Assembly: GCA_047150005.1 (NCBI GenBank)
Contig: AP038806.1
Coordinates: 544,001 to 608,000 of the forward strand
Source: Nitrospira sp.
Lineage (GTDB): Bacteria > Nitrospirota > Nitrospiria > Nitrospirales > Nitrospiraceae
Direction: 5' to 3'
DNA: 64,000 nt
Part shown: positions 1 to 15,448 of the stretch, piece after piece
How the letters are laid out: each line of letters opens with the position of its first letter
Numbering within the stretch: the stretch's first letter is position 1
Made by a program: the position numbers and the translations under genes
Notes under the pieces: generated by a model
Told to the model about the DNA's origin: nothing
What the model saw: the letters and a program-made list of their open reading frames with translations, nothing else
Database searches by the model: none

Positions 1-232
1 TCTTGATCGGACGTCCTTCGCTCGGGCCAAGGTCCACAATCAGGACATGATCTTCTTGATGGTGGATCACCTCGGTCAACGCCACCTTCATCCTGACGAC
101 ATCCATATCGGGCAACTCGCATTGAAACACCGAAAGCTGCAGATGTGCACCGAACCCTTTCATCGTCTTGTAGACGCGGCGTAACCGCTTTGGATCACGG
201 ATATCGTACGTGACAAAATACAGCCGTCGCAT
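1..232 (-). CDS. cas2: CRISPR-associated endoribonuclease Cas2 (3' end runs off the window)
   Basis: Hand translation from ATG at 232: MRRLYFVTYDIRDPKRLRRVYKTMKGFGAHLQLSVFQCEL..., with the Cas2 YDI...KRL...QxSVF motifs; directly downstream of cas1. Confidence 0.95.
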   Translation of the reverse strand, partial: MRRLYFVTYDIRDPKRLRRVYKTMKGFGAHLQLSVFQCELPDMDVVRMKVALTEVIHHQEDHVLIVDLGPSEGRPIK

Positions 233-235
233 CAC

Positions 236-1975
236 TCACCGTGTGGTAAAAGATGGATACTCTGGAATCTCTCCGCACAAATAGCGACCCAGCAACCGTG
301 CCTGCACTTCCAAGATGCGCCGATAACTCACCTGATACCCAAAGACCGGATGCGTAATCTCTTGGCCCATCCGCCGCTCGTACGTTTCGACGAAGCGCCG
401 ACGGCCCTCCGGCGTCAACGCGACGGAGCCCATGCGACGAATGAAGTCCTCCGGTCGCACTTCACCATTGTTGACCGCCGTCAGCACGACGGAATCGGCA
501 ATGAGCGGCCGGAACTCTTCCATCGCATCGAGAGCCAACGCCGGTCTCCCATAACGCGGCTGGTGATAGAACCCGAGATAGGGATCGAGTCCGACCGCAT
601 GCAATGTCACCGTCCACTCCCGCGCCAGCATCGCGTAGGCCAGGGATAAGAGCGCGTTGACCGAGTCCTTTGGCGGCCGACGGTTTCGCCCATCGAAATC
701 GAAGTCCGGCTGCACCCCGTCGGTTTTCAGCATGCCTCTGAATTCTGCAAAATACCGGCGGGCCGAGGTGCCCTCGATGCCGAGCAATTCCTCCAACGTG
801 TTGGCCCGCGCGGCATGCACCTGATCGCGCTTGAGATCCTGCAAGACCGTTTCCGGCGCAGCGTGATGATTTCTCCGCAAGATCGTACGACAGTTGGCAA
901 TCTTGGCCTGCACCAGTCTGATTGCAAGCCGAAGGCAGAACGTCGGATTCGTCGCCGCGGCATATTGGCGTCGTCGCAACTCGACATTCTTATGCATCAG
1001 ACTGGTCGTGATGCCGTAGAACCACCCGCCACTGGAGAGATAGGAGATGGGAATCTCTCGCCGACAGAGTTCCTGCACCACTTGCGTACTGACCTGAACG
1101 GCACCGAATAGCACGAGATGCGAGATCTCCACGATCCGGGCTTCTGTCAGCACCTCGTCGCGGTCCGTCACTTTTAAGCAGTCTCCGTTTTTTCCCACGC
1201 GTGCGCCGGGTTGTTGCACGTACAAGGGTAGGGCGTCATTCCGACCAGGCAAAAGTCGCCGCACGATCGAGGCCGCCTGCTCGTCATCCGCATGATCCTG
1301 CCGTAACCAACCGATCTCATCCGGCAAACAAATGCGGACGAGGGAACATCGTGGGCACTTCGGGCTGTCCACCAACGGAGGCGGCATCGCGCCGCCCCGC
1401 GCCATTCTCCGCATACCCGCGATCAGTTCCAAGGTGCGCTCGATCAACTCCTGATCAAATGTGATCGCCACCCGTTCCCGTGATCCTACGAAGTAAAGAA
1501 AGCCTCCGTCGCATTCGAAGCCGTTATCCCGGAGGATCAACCCTTGCGCGCACGCCTGTACCCGCTCCGGCTCCCACGCGCCCTTGTCCACATGCGGACG
1601 CTTACCGCGCTTGTAATCGACAGGTGCGACCGCATGACCGACGCCTTCGACCAGATCAATCTTCGCGGTAATACCCAGCCGTTCCGACGACAGCCAGACC
1701 GAACGCTGGTGGATGACTGCGTCTTCATCTTCATCAGTATCCGGCGGACAGACGCCGGCTTTGCCGGAGCCAGTTCTCGCTTGCCGCTTTGGACTTTCAT
1801 CCACTCGCCGGTGATGGAACCGCCCCTCCACCGTGTCGGCGCTGTCGGCGAATTCGCTCTGTACCCATTCCAGGTAAGCCAGACGAGGACAGTAGGCAAA
1901 CTCGTTCAGCATCCGCACAGGAAGCAGCGGTTCCTCCGTCACCGAGAGAGGCGTCTCACCAGTTTCGAGACCCAT
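236..1975 (-). CDS. cas4-cas1: Cas4-Cas1 fusion (type I-G adaptation module)
   Basis: N-terminal Cas4: YCPR...KIDLVE...VDYKRG...CPRCSLVRIC (Fe-S cysteines, RecB motif). C-terminal Cas1: LLGIEG, RNRRPPKD, NALLSLAY, GFYHQ, LALDAMEEFRP. Confidence 0.96.
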   Translation of the reverse strand: MGLETGETPLSVTEEPLLPVRMLNEFAYCPRLAYLEWVQSEFADSADTVEGRFHHRRVDESPKRQARTGSGKAGVCPPDTDEDEDAVIHQRSVWLSSERLGITAKIDLVEGVGHAVAPVDYKRGKRPHVDKGAWEPERVQACAQGLILRDNGFECDGGFLYFVGSRERVAITFDQELIERTLELIAGMRRMARGGAMPPPLVDSPKCPRCSLVRICLPDEIGWLRQDHADDEQAASIVRRLLPGRNDALPLYVQQPGARVGKNGDCLKVTDRDEVLTEARIVEISHLVLFGAVQVSTQVVQELCRREIPISYLSSGGWFYGITTSLMHKNVELRRRQYAAATNPTFCLRLAIRLVQAKIANCRTILRRNHHAAPETVLQDLKRDQVHAARANTLEELLGIEGTSARRYFAEFRGMLKTDGVQPDFDFDGRNRRPPKDSVNALLSLAYAMLAREWTVTLHAVGLDPYLGFYHQPRYGRPALALDAMEEFRPLIADSVVLTAVNNGEVRPEDFIRRMGSVALTPEGRRRFVETYERRMGQEITHPVFGYQVSYRRILEVQARLLGRYLCGEIPEYPSFTTR

Positions 1976-2019
1976 GATGCGCTCCTTTCGCTATTCAGTT
2001 GTCAAAGAACAAGGAATCG

Positions 2020-2575
2020 TTATGACGGTTCTTCCAACCGCCGTTGAATCATGTCCCAGATTTCACGCAATCCCAAGCGATCCGCCCACTCCGCAATATA
2101 GGCCCGATCGATCTCCTCTCCGCTGACTTTCAACATGCCCGTGATATCTCGCAGATGCTTGTCCGATCCCCCTTCGCGGTAGTAGTCCATTTTCTTGATG
2201 ATCACATCCTCCGCCGACGCAAAGGCCGCCTCATAGGATGCGGCCGGACGCAGCGCACGCGCCCGCGCAAACCGGCTCCGATCAAATGGGGTGTCCTTCC
2301 GAACGATCACATCCACCTTCAACCCGGAGCCGGGATGAATGATGTTGAACTGCCCTTGCCGACGAATGGCTTCCCGGATCGCCTCCTCGCTGAGATAGAA
2401 CTCATGAGCAGGAAACGCGGCCAACAGTCCCGGGATCTCAGCCTCTCGAATCCCAGCCACCACATCGATGTCGTTCGTTAATCGCGGCTCTCCATACGCC
2501 ATGGACGCGACCGAACCAGTCACCAGATAGGGAATGCGGAGCCGCTCGAAGGTTTCCACCACCTGCGCCAATAAG

Positions 2576-2589
<14 letters not shown>
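2020..2589 (-). CDS. Pol-beta superfamily nucleotidyltransferase, MenT1/AbiEii-like putative toxin (189 aa)
   Basis: Starts MELYDLLAQ at 2589; motifs GSVAS..YGEPRLTNDIDVV (G-S...DxD), KVDVI, SAEDVIIKK...KHLRD. Confidence 0.8.
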
Positions 2590-5761
<3,172 letters not shown>

Positions 5762-5774
5762 AGTGGTTCTCCTG

Positions 5775-10765
<4,991 letters not shown>

Positions 10766-10935
10766 TCACTCTCCATCGTGGCTCGCGACTGTCTCTTCCA
10801 GTTCTGCGAGCCCGTTGGCCAACTCTTTACCTGCCGTCACCATGACGCGCAGTTTCACGAGTACCCGCAGGATCGTAATATCGACCTACCACTGACTGCT
10901 CTACGCTCCCCGAAAGAGAGACGAGACATGGTTGC
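10766..10935 (-). pseudogene. Decayed ORF6N-domain (phage regulator-like) fragment
   Basis: Minus frame reads VDITILRVLVKLRVMVTAGKELANGLAELEETVASHDGE*, resembling the ORF6N C-terminal 'VNIxIMRAFVKLR...KELA.KL.ELE..V..HD'; preceded by a stop or frameshift. Confidence 0.5.
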
Positions 10936-11121
10936 CGGGCGTCAGTTTCACACAGCGATGTGACATCTAAGGTCACACGTGCCATGATCTTTGCGGCTCC
11001 CTGCTTTGCCGTTGCCAGCAAACCAAGACTGCACACCACCAGTGGCAGGAGTTGAGATCGTCTCATCTGTCTGCTCACGACGTTTCAACATGGGTTGAGG
11101 TACCGGAAAGTTGATGGCCGT

Positions 11122-11165
11122 ACAGGCACCCGCCGAAGCCTCGGCACAAGCGGGAGCCAGTCTCC
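11122..11165. repeat. Imperfect palindromic repeat, long-loop form (copy 1)
   Basis: ACAGGCACCCGCCGAAGCCTCGGCACAAGCGGGAGCCAGTCTCC; matches 13013-13056 and 14094-14137. Confidence 0.85.
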
Positions 11166-11185
11166 TACGAGATGGGTAATTGGAA

Positions 11186-11268
11186 AGATGGGGTTGGTTG
11201 GCGCTTCGATCTTGAGTGGTGATGTCGGCATGCCCCAATGCCTCATCCAGGATTGACTGATCCGACAA
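11186..11268 (-). pseudogene. Possible tyrosine recombinase C-terminal remnant
   Basis: Translates ...ILDEALGHADITTQ...PHL, resembling recombinase box II (LGHxDIxTT); no upstream domain and no catalytic Tyr. Confidence 0.3.
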
Positions 11269-11461
11269 ACTGGCAATCAGCGGAATCCCTTACCTAGTTT
11301 TGTGTCGGAATGCAATCATTCTTAGGGCGGGCCTGGCTGGATAGCTCGATTTTTACTGGTGGAGGCTTGTATTTCTACGAGCGGTTTGCCAAAAACCTAC
11401 GGATGTGGAAATGAGGAAATGCGGCGCTAGCCACGCCAAGACCCGCGTTCAGAGAAGAAGC

Positions 11462-11495
11462 GGGACAGTCACCGGCTGCGCCGGAGCCAGTCCCC
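11462..11495. repeat. Imperfect palindromic repeat, short form (copy 2)
   Basis: GGGACAGTCACCGGC-TGC-GCCGGAGCCAGTCCCC. Confidence 0.85.
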
Positions 11496-11581
11496 TAAGA
11501 TCAAGCCTCGTGCGTCAGGACAACGTCCCTCCCGATGCCCCTAGCCGGAGGAATGGTCATAGACCAGCATCCGCCCGTTCA

Positions 11582-11610
11582 TTGACAGGTGATGTACAAC
11601 GCTGTACATT
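11582..11610 (+). promoter_or_regulatory. Sigma70 promoter of TA module 1 with overlapping palindromic operator
   Basis: TTGACA-17nt-TACATT; inverted repeat ATGTACA-acgc-TGTACAT at 11592-11609. Confidence 0.75.
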
Positions 11611-11634
11611 CGACACATTCGATTCGAGGGCATC

Positions 11635-11901
11635 ATGAAACTCTCCATCAGTGAAGCACGCAAGCAACTGCCTGCACTGGTGCGCCGAGTGCAGCGAGAT
11701 ACGGGCGCCACGGTGAAGATTACGGTTCATGACGAGGTTGTTGCTGAGCTTCGCGCTGCTCAGCCCGAACCGGAAGCTGGCGCGGCGGCCAAGACGTTGC
11801 TCCGCCTGATGAAGACACTGCCGAAGCGGCGCGGGCGAAAGGTTTCGATTTCCTCCCGCGTCAAGACTCATCTCTATGGGCAGCGCGGCGCGATCCGCTG
11901 A
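11635..11901 (+). CDS. Phd/YefM-family antitoxin
   Basis: MKLSISEARKQLPALVRRV...VKITVHDEVVAEL Phd-type N-terminus; TGATG overlap with the PIN toxin. Confidence 0.85.
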   Translation: MKLSISEARKQLPALVRRVQRDTGATVKITVHDEVVAELRAAQPEPEAGAAAKTLLRLMKTLPKRRGRKVSISSRVKTHLYGQRGAIR

Positions 11902-12317
11902 TGACCCTCCCTGCCCTGGCTTTTTGCGATACCTCATTCTTCTATGCCTGCCTTGATCCGAAGGACGCCAACCATGCCGATGCGCTTGCTCTTGTCTCGG
12001 AATCGGCGTCTTCCAGGACGACGTGGTGCACGACATGGGACATCGTCAGCGAAACAGTGACGTTGCTTCGATACCGGCGCAACTTTCAGGCTGCCCTCGC
12101 ATTTCTTACCGACGTGAAGCCTGAGCTGCATCTCGTTACCTATGGTAACCGTATGCGCGAAGAGGCCGAACAGATTTTTCTGACCTATGCACGTGATCGT
12201 CGCCTGTCTTTTTGTGACGCCATCTCATTCGTTGTGGTGACCTCGCTGCTCGATCACGCTCCCTGCTTCACATTCGACGAAGACTTCCGTCGCCTCGGCT
12301 TGACCGTTCTTCCTTAG
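11901..12317 (+). CDS. vapC: VapC-family PIN-domain toxin
   Basis: FCDTSFFYA, ETVTLL, LSFCDAISF, TFDEDF acidic PIN residues. Confidence 0.92.
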   Translation: MTLPALAFCDTSFFYACLDPKDANHADALALVSESASSRTTWCTTWDIVSETVTLLRYRRNFQAALAFLTDVKPELHLVTYGNRMREEAEQIFLTYARDRRLSFCDAISFVVVTSLLDHAPCFTFDEDFRRLGLTVLP

Positions 12318-12367
12318 CCACTTGTTTCCTGTTCTTCCGACGGCTTTGCCTTTCCTTGGCAGTCTCA

Positions 12368-12399
12368 GGACAGGCACAGGCTGCACCGCAGCCAGTCCC
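12368..12399. repeat. Imperfect palindromic repeat, short degenerate form (copy 3)
   Basis: GGACAGGCACAGGCTGCACCGCAGCCAGTCCC. Confidence 0.75.
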
Positions 12400-12465
12400 G
12401 ACCTGTGCAGATCTAATCCCGGACTGGCATTTCGCTTTTTGTGATTTGAGTTTTGATAGCTGGGT

Positions 12466-12603
12466 TTGATCCGGAGAGAGACGTTGGACCAGCTCAAGTC
12501 CTTAAGTGGCAACCTCCACATCGATCTCGATTGGCGAAAGCTGGAACAGTCTGAGCTTCGTCATCAAGCCTCCTTGAAGCGCCGCCGGCATGGTCATCGC
12601 TGA
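12466..12603 (+). pseudogene. 5'-truncated VapB-type antitoxin
   Basis: LIRRETLDQLKSLSGNLHIDLDWRKLEQSELRHQASLKRRRHGHR*; lacks the N-terminal DNA-binding part; overlaps the vapC pseudogene start. Confidence 0.6.
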
Positions 12604-12854
12604 CACTTCCGTCTGGATTCCCTTCTTTAATCGGCCTGCGCCCTCCTTGCTCCTCCCTTTTACGAGATCACTCGCTTTCCTGGCTCCAGAGCGGCCATCT
12701 TTCGTCGCAACTCCTCCGCAAAGGCACGACGATACCGCTGTCGGATGTAATCATTGCAGCCTTGGCGATCGAGTATGATTGCCGCATCTACAGTCTCGAC
12801 GTCCACTTCAAGAAGATTCCCGGCGTGCAGCTCTATACTGCCGCTTCGGCCTAA
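12590..12854 (+). pseudogene. vapC: Frameshifted, internally deleted VapC PIN toxin
   Basis: MVIADTSVWIPFFNRP in one frame; LRKGTTIPLSDVIIAALAIEYDCRIYSLDVHFKKIPGVQLY in another frame; the middle is missing. Confidence 0.85.
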
Positions 12855-12968
12855 CAGGATCTTGAAGAAGTCCTCCAGCTGCGTTCTCGCATCGCTCAGA
12901 GGCTCAGCGTACGGCTCGGGGAGGAGCGGCTTTGGCAGTTTGGAGCGGGCGGGTCTTGTGAGCACGTC
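12855..12968. mobile_element. Degenerate MITE-like element
   Basis: Begins CAGGATCTTGAAGAAGTCCTCCAGC and ends GGGTCTTGTGAGCACGTC with weak terminal complementarity; similar ends at 34538-34588; non-coding. Confidence 0.4.
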
Positions 12969-13090
12969 AAGCCGGTTGCCATGACAGGACCCGCAAGTTT
13001 GGAAGGAGACCCGGACAGGCACCCGCCGAAGCTTCGGCAAAGGCGGGAGCCCGTCCCCTCGGCACCTTCCTCTTACCGTCTTCATGTCCT
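12951..13090 (+). repeat. Long direct repeat containing palindrome copy 4 (core 13013-13056)
   Basis: About 90% identical by eye over about 116 bp to 14031-14147, then more degenerate. Confidence 0.9.
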
Positions 13091-13178
13091 TTCGCCCCCC
13101 CTTCCAGCGGCGCGAAGGGCACAGTGGGGCTGTATGGGATCGCCTGATTCAAGAGGTTGGGTGACACCGACTGATAAA

Positions 13179-13207
13179 TTGACCACGTTTTTAGCCTTCG
13201 GTATACT
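13179..13207 (+). promoter_or_regulatory. Sigma70 promoter of the AbrB-VapC module
   Basis: TTGACC-17nt-TATACT, followed by AGGAGG RBS and ATG 13232. Confidence 0.75.
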
Positions 13208-13231
13208 GATCGAAGAAAGGAGGACGTTTCT

Positions 13232-13483
13232 ATGCCTGTCTCCCAAATCTCCTCAAAGGGCCAGATCCTGATTCCCCGGCAACTTCGCCGCAAACTCGGG
13301 TTCAAGGCAGGGCGCAAGGTCCAGTTGACCGAAGAGAGCGGTCGCTTGGTCATTTCGCCTGCAGCCGACGATCCCATCGCGGCGGCTACGGGTTTTCTCA
13401 CGGGTAAGTTCTCCTTGACGGACGACCTCCGGCGCGAGCATCGAGAGGAGGCTCGGCGTGAGCAGAAAACTCGTCCTCGATAG
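13232..13483 (+). CDS. AbrB/MazE/SpoVT-family antitoxin
   Basis: SQISSKGQILIPRQLRRKLGFKAGRKV swapped-hairpin motif. Confidence 0.92.
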   Translation: MPVSQISSKGQILIPRQLRRKLGFKAGRKVQLTEESGRLVISPAADDPIAAATGFLTGKFSLTDDLRREHREEARREQKTRPR

Positions 13484-13865
13484 CTTCGCGCTGGTCAGCC
13501 TGTTTCATAAGGAAGCCGGGTGGGAAAGGGTCCGTGCCGCTCTGTACGAGCAACAGCGAGCCGGGACCAAGGCCTATTTGAACTGGGTGAATTGGGGCGA
13601 ATTCTATTACATCGTCAAACGCAAGGTCGGCGCGGCGCAGGCGGCCGAGGCCCTTCAGCTTGTGGAACAATTGCCCATCGAGCTGGTCCCGGTGGATCTT
13701 CCCATGGTCCGGGAGGCAGCCGAAATCAAGGGGGAGCATGCGGTCTCCTATGCGGACGCCTTTTGCATCGCCACCGCCCGTCGCCTCTCCGGAACGGTCC
13801 TGACCAGCGATCCTGAATTTCGCGCCGTCGAGCATCTGATCACCGTCCGGTGGCTGACGCGCTAG
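13458..13865 (+). CDS. vapC: VapC-family PIN toxin
   Basis: LVLDSFAL, NWGEFYY, VSYADAF, LTSDPEF. Confidence 0.93.
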   Translation: MSRKLVLDSFALVSLFHKEAGWERVRAALYEQQRAGTKAYLNWVNWGEFYYIVKRKVGAAQAAEALQLVEQLPIELVPVDLPMVREAAEIKGEHAVSYADAFCIATARRLSGTVLTSDPEFRAVEHLITVRWLTR

Positions 13866-14030
13866 ATCTATTTCGCATCTGCGCGGAAGCCAGCGCCCAG
13901 TTAACTCTGCGGGTGGCGTGGTGACCGGCTCGATCGCGCGCAACGGAAAGGACCCACTGGGGATGGGGCGCACGATGCGACGAAGAAGGAGCATCTCGTT
14001 TGTGCGCGCCGCCGAGACGATGAGGCGGCT

Positions 14031-14190
14031 GGGTCCTGTGAGCACGATCGAGTCGGTTGCCACGACGGGACCTGCAAGTTTGGAAGGAGACCAGGACAGG
14101 CACCCGCCGAAGCCTCGGCAAAGGCCGGAGCCAGTCCCGTCGGCACCGGAGCAGTACCGCCTCTCAGTCCTCATCCCCGCCTACGCTTTG
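14031..14190 (+). repeat. Long direct repeat containing palindrome copy 5 (core 14094-14137)
   Basis: 5' part matches 12951-13066; 3' part (14141-14190) matches 15399-15448 at 42/50. Confidence 0.9.
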
Positions 14191-14221
14191 TCTTTCCATT
14201 CCGGTACTGTACAATCCCCGC

Positions 14222-14497
14222 ATGGTCTTCGACCCTGCCAATCCCCCCATCTGGTTGCGCAAGCTCCACGTGACTGCGGCGCAGATCAGTCCGGATGACT
14301 ATCCTTCGACGCCAGAAGAAGGCATCTTGGAGTGCTGCCGCCTATCGGATGCCGCTCGTGCGTGGTCGCTGGCTTGCGCGCAGGCCTTGGGGCACCAACC
14401 AATGCCGCCGCCGCCGCCCTTCGACAATCCGTTCCGCCTGACTCCTCCTTCTGAGCCTCGTCCGTCAGGACGACGAACAGACGATGCCGCCCGATGA
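14222..14497 (+). CDS. Small Pro-rich protein, putative antitoxin partner of the downstream NTase
   Basis: MVFDPANPPIWLRKL...PSTPEEGILECCRLSDAARAW...; TACAAT -10 box 6 nt upstream; overlaps the NTase start. Confidence 0.55.
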   Translation: MVFDPANPPIWLRKLHVTAAQISPDDYPSTPEEGILECCRLSDAARAWSLACAQALGHQPMPPPPPFDNPFRLTPPSEPRPSGRRTDDAAR

Positions 14498-15083
14498 TCC
14501 AGGCTCGTTCAGTGGTTTCCTGCGTCGGGTGATCGATGCACTGCCGGAGCCGGCTCCGCCCTATTGTCTGATCGGCGCATTGGCCGTGAATGCATGGGGC
14601 CGTCTCCGTACGACCAAGGACATCGATTTGCTTGTACTCTCGGAAGAACCAGCGAAGCTTCAGCTGACCGATTCACTCGTCACTCATGGTTTTCAACCTG
14701 ATGCACGCTGGATCGAGCACAATCCGATGGCCAAGGACCGAGTCCTTCGCATGAACCATCCCGCTCATCCAGGCATTCCACTCGATCTCATATTCTCTGC
14801 GGACTCTCACGAAGCCGAGGTGCTGACCCGGAGGCAGTCCATGCACCTTCTTCACGTCCCTACGTGGGTATGCAGCCCGGAAGACCTTATCATTCTCAAA
14901 CTCAAGGCGAGCCGGCCGCATGACTTCGAGGATGCCCTCGCCATTGTCAAGAACCCACATCTCCAACTCGACCTGGCTTACCTTTGGAATTGGGTAGATC
15001 GGCTGGGCCTACAAGGCGAGCTTCAGTACATCTTTCAGGCGGCGACCGGCGGTGAGCATGGCAGCGGCCAGCAGCCTACCTGA
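14484..15083 (+). CDS. MenT1-like nucleotidyltransferase, putative toxin
   Basis: YCLIGALAVNAWGRLRTTKDIDLLV, PLDLIF, SPEDLIILKLKASRPHDFED. Confidence 0.82.
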   Translation: MPPDDPGSFSGFLRRVIDALPEPAPPYCLIGALAVNAWGRLRTTKDIDLLVLSEEPAKLQLTDSLVTHGFQPDARWIEHNPMAKDRVLRMNHPAHPGIPLDLIFSADSHEAEVLTRRQSMHLLHVPTWVCSPEDLIILKLKASRPHDFEDALAIVKNPHLQLDLAYLWNWVDRLGLQGELQYIFQAATGGEHGSGQQPT

Positions 15084-15136
15084 ATGCTGCTCACCCAATC
15101 AGGCGAGCTTTGGTCGTTGGAATTTCCAACATATAG

Positions 15137-15164
15137 TTTCGGATTTGTGATTTCGAATTTCGGA
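15137..15164 (+). repeat. Degenerate heptamer tandem repeat
   Basis: TTTCGGA TTTGTGA TTTCGAA TTTCGGA. Confidence 0.6.
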
Positions 15165-15218
15165 TTCACCTGGGGAACAGTGACAGGACCTGTGGGAAGG
15201 GATGCGTTGAAGAGGGGC

Positions 15219-15245
15219 CTGGATTCCCGCTTGCGCGGGAATGAC
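15219..15245. repeat. dRS3/REP-like palindrome ATTCCC-N8-GGGAAT
   Basis: CTGG-ATTCCC-GCTTGCGC-GGGAAT-GAC. Confidence 0.7.
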
Positions 15246-15398
15246 GGAATTCTCAGACAGAGAAGCAGAAAGGCACATGCGAGTGATCGACCACCATGTC
15301 GAACGACGGCGAGCACTGTTTGACTGTCCGTTCTGCGCAGCAGCGAGCGGACGAAGTGGCACAGCCGAGCCTGCGGCACAGTCGAGCAGGGTCGAGGG

Positions 15399-15448
15399 CG
15401 GCACCGGAGCAGTCCCGCCTCTCAGTCGATCTCCCTGCCTATTCTTTG
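15399..15448 (+). repeat. Direct repeat of 14141-14190 overlapping the M23 stop codon
   Basis: CGGCACCGGAGCAGTCCCGCCTCTCAGTCGATCTCCCTGCCTATTCTTTG; 42/50 identity. Confidence 0.85.

Noticed and set aside
12849..12990. Integron attC site (GCCTAAC fits RYYYAAC after a stop codon)
   Set aside because: No matching GTTRRRY core or L boxes were found, the other cassettes lack the motif, and there is no intact intI.
12660..14298. ORFs containing AFAEASAGAC or PKLRRVPV peptides (12660-13085, 12967-13401, 13398-14174, 13840-14146)
   Set aside because: These are translations of the repeated palindrome or antisense to real TA genes.
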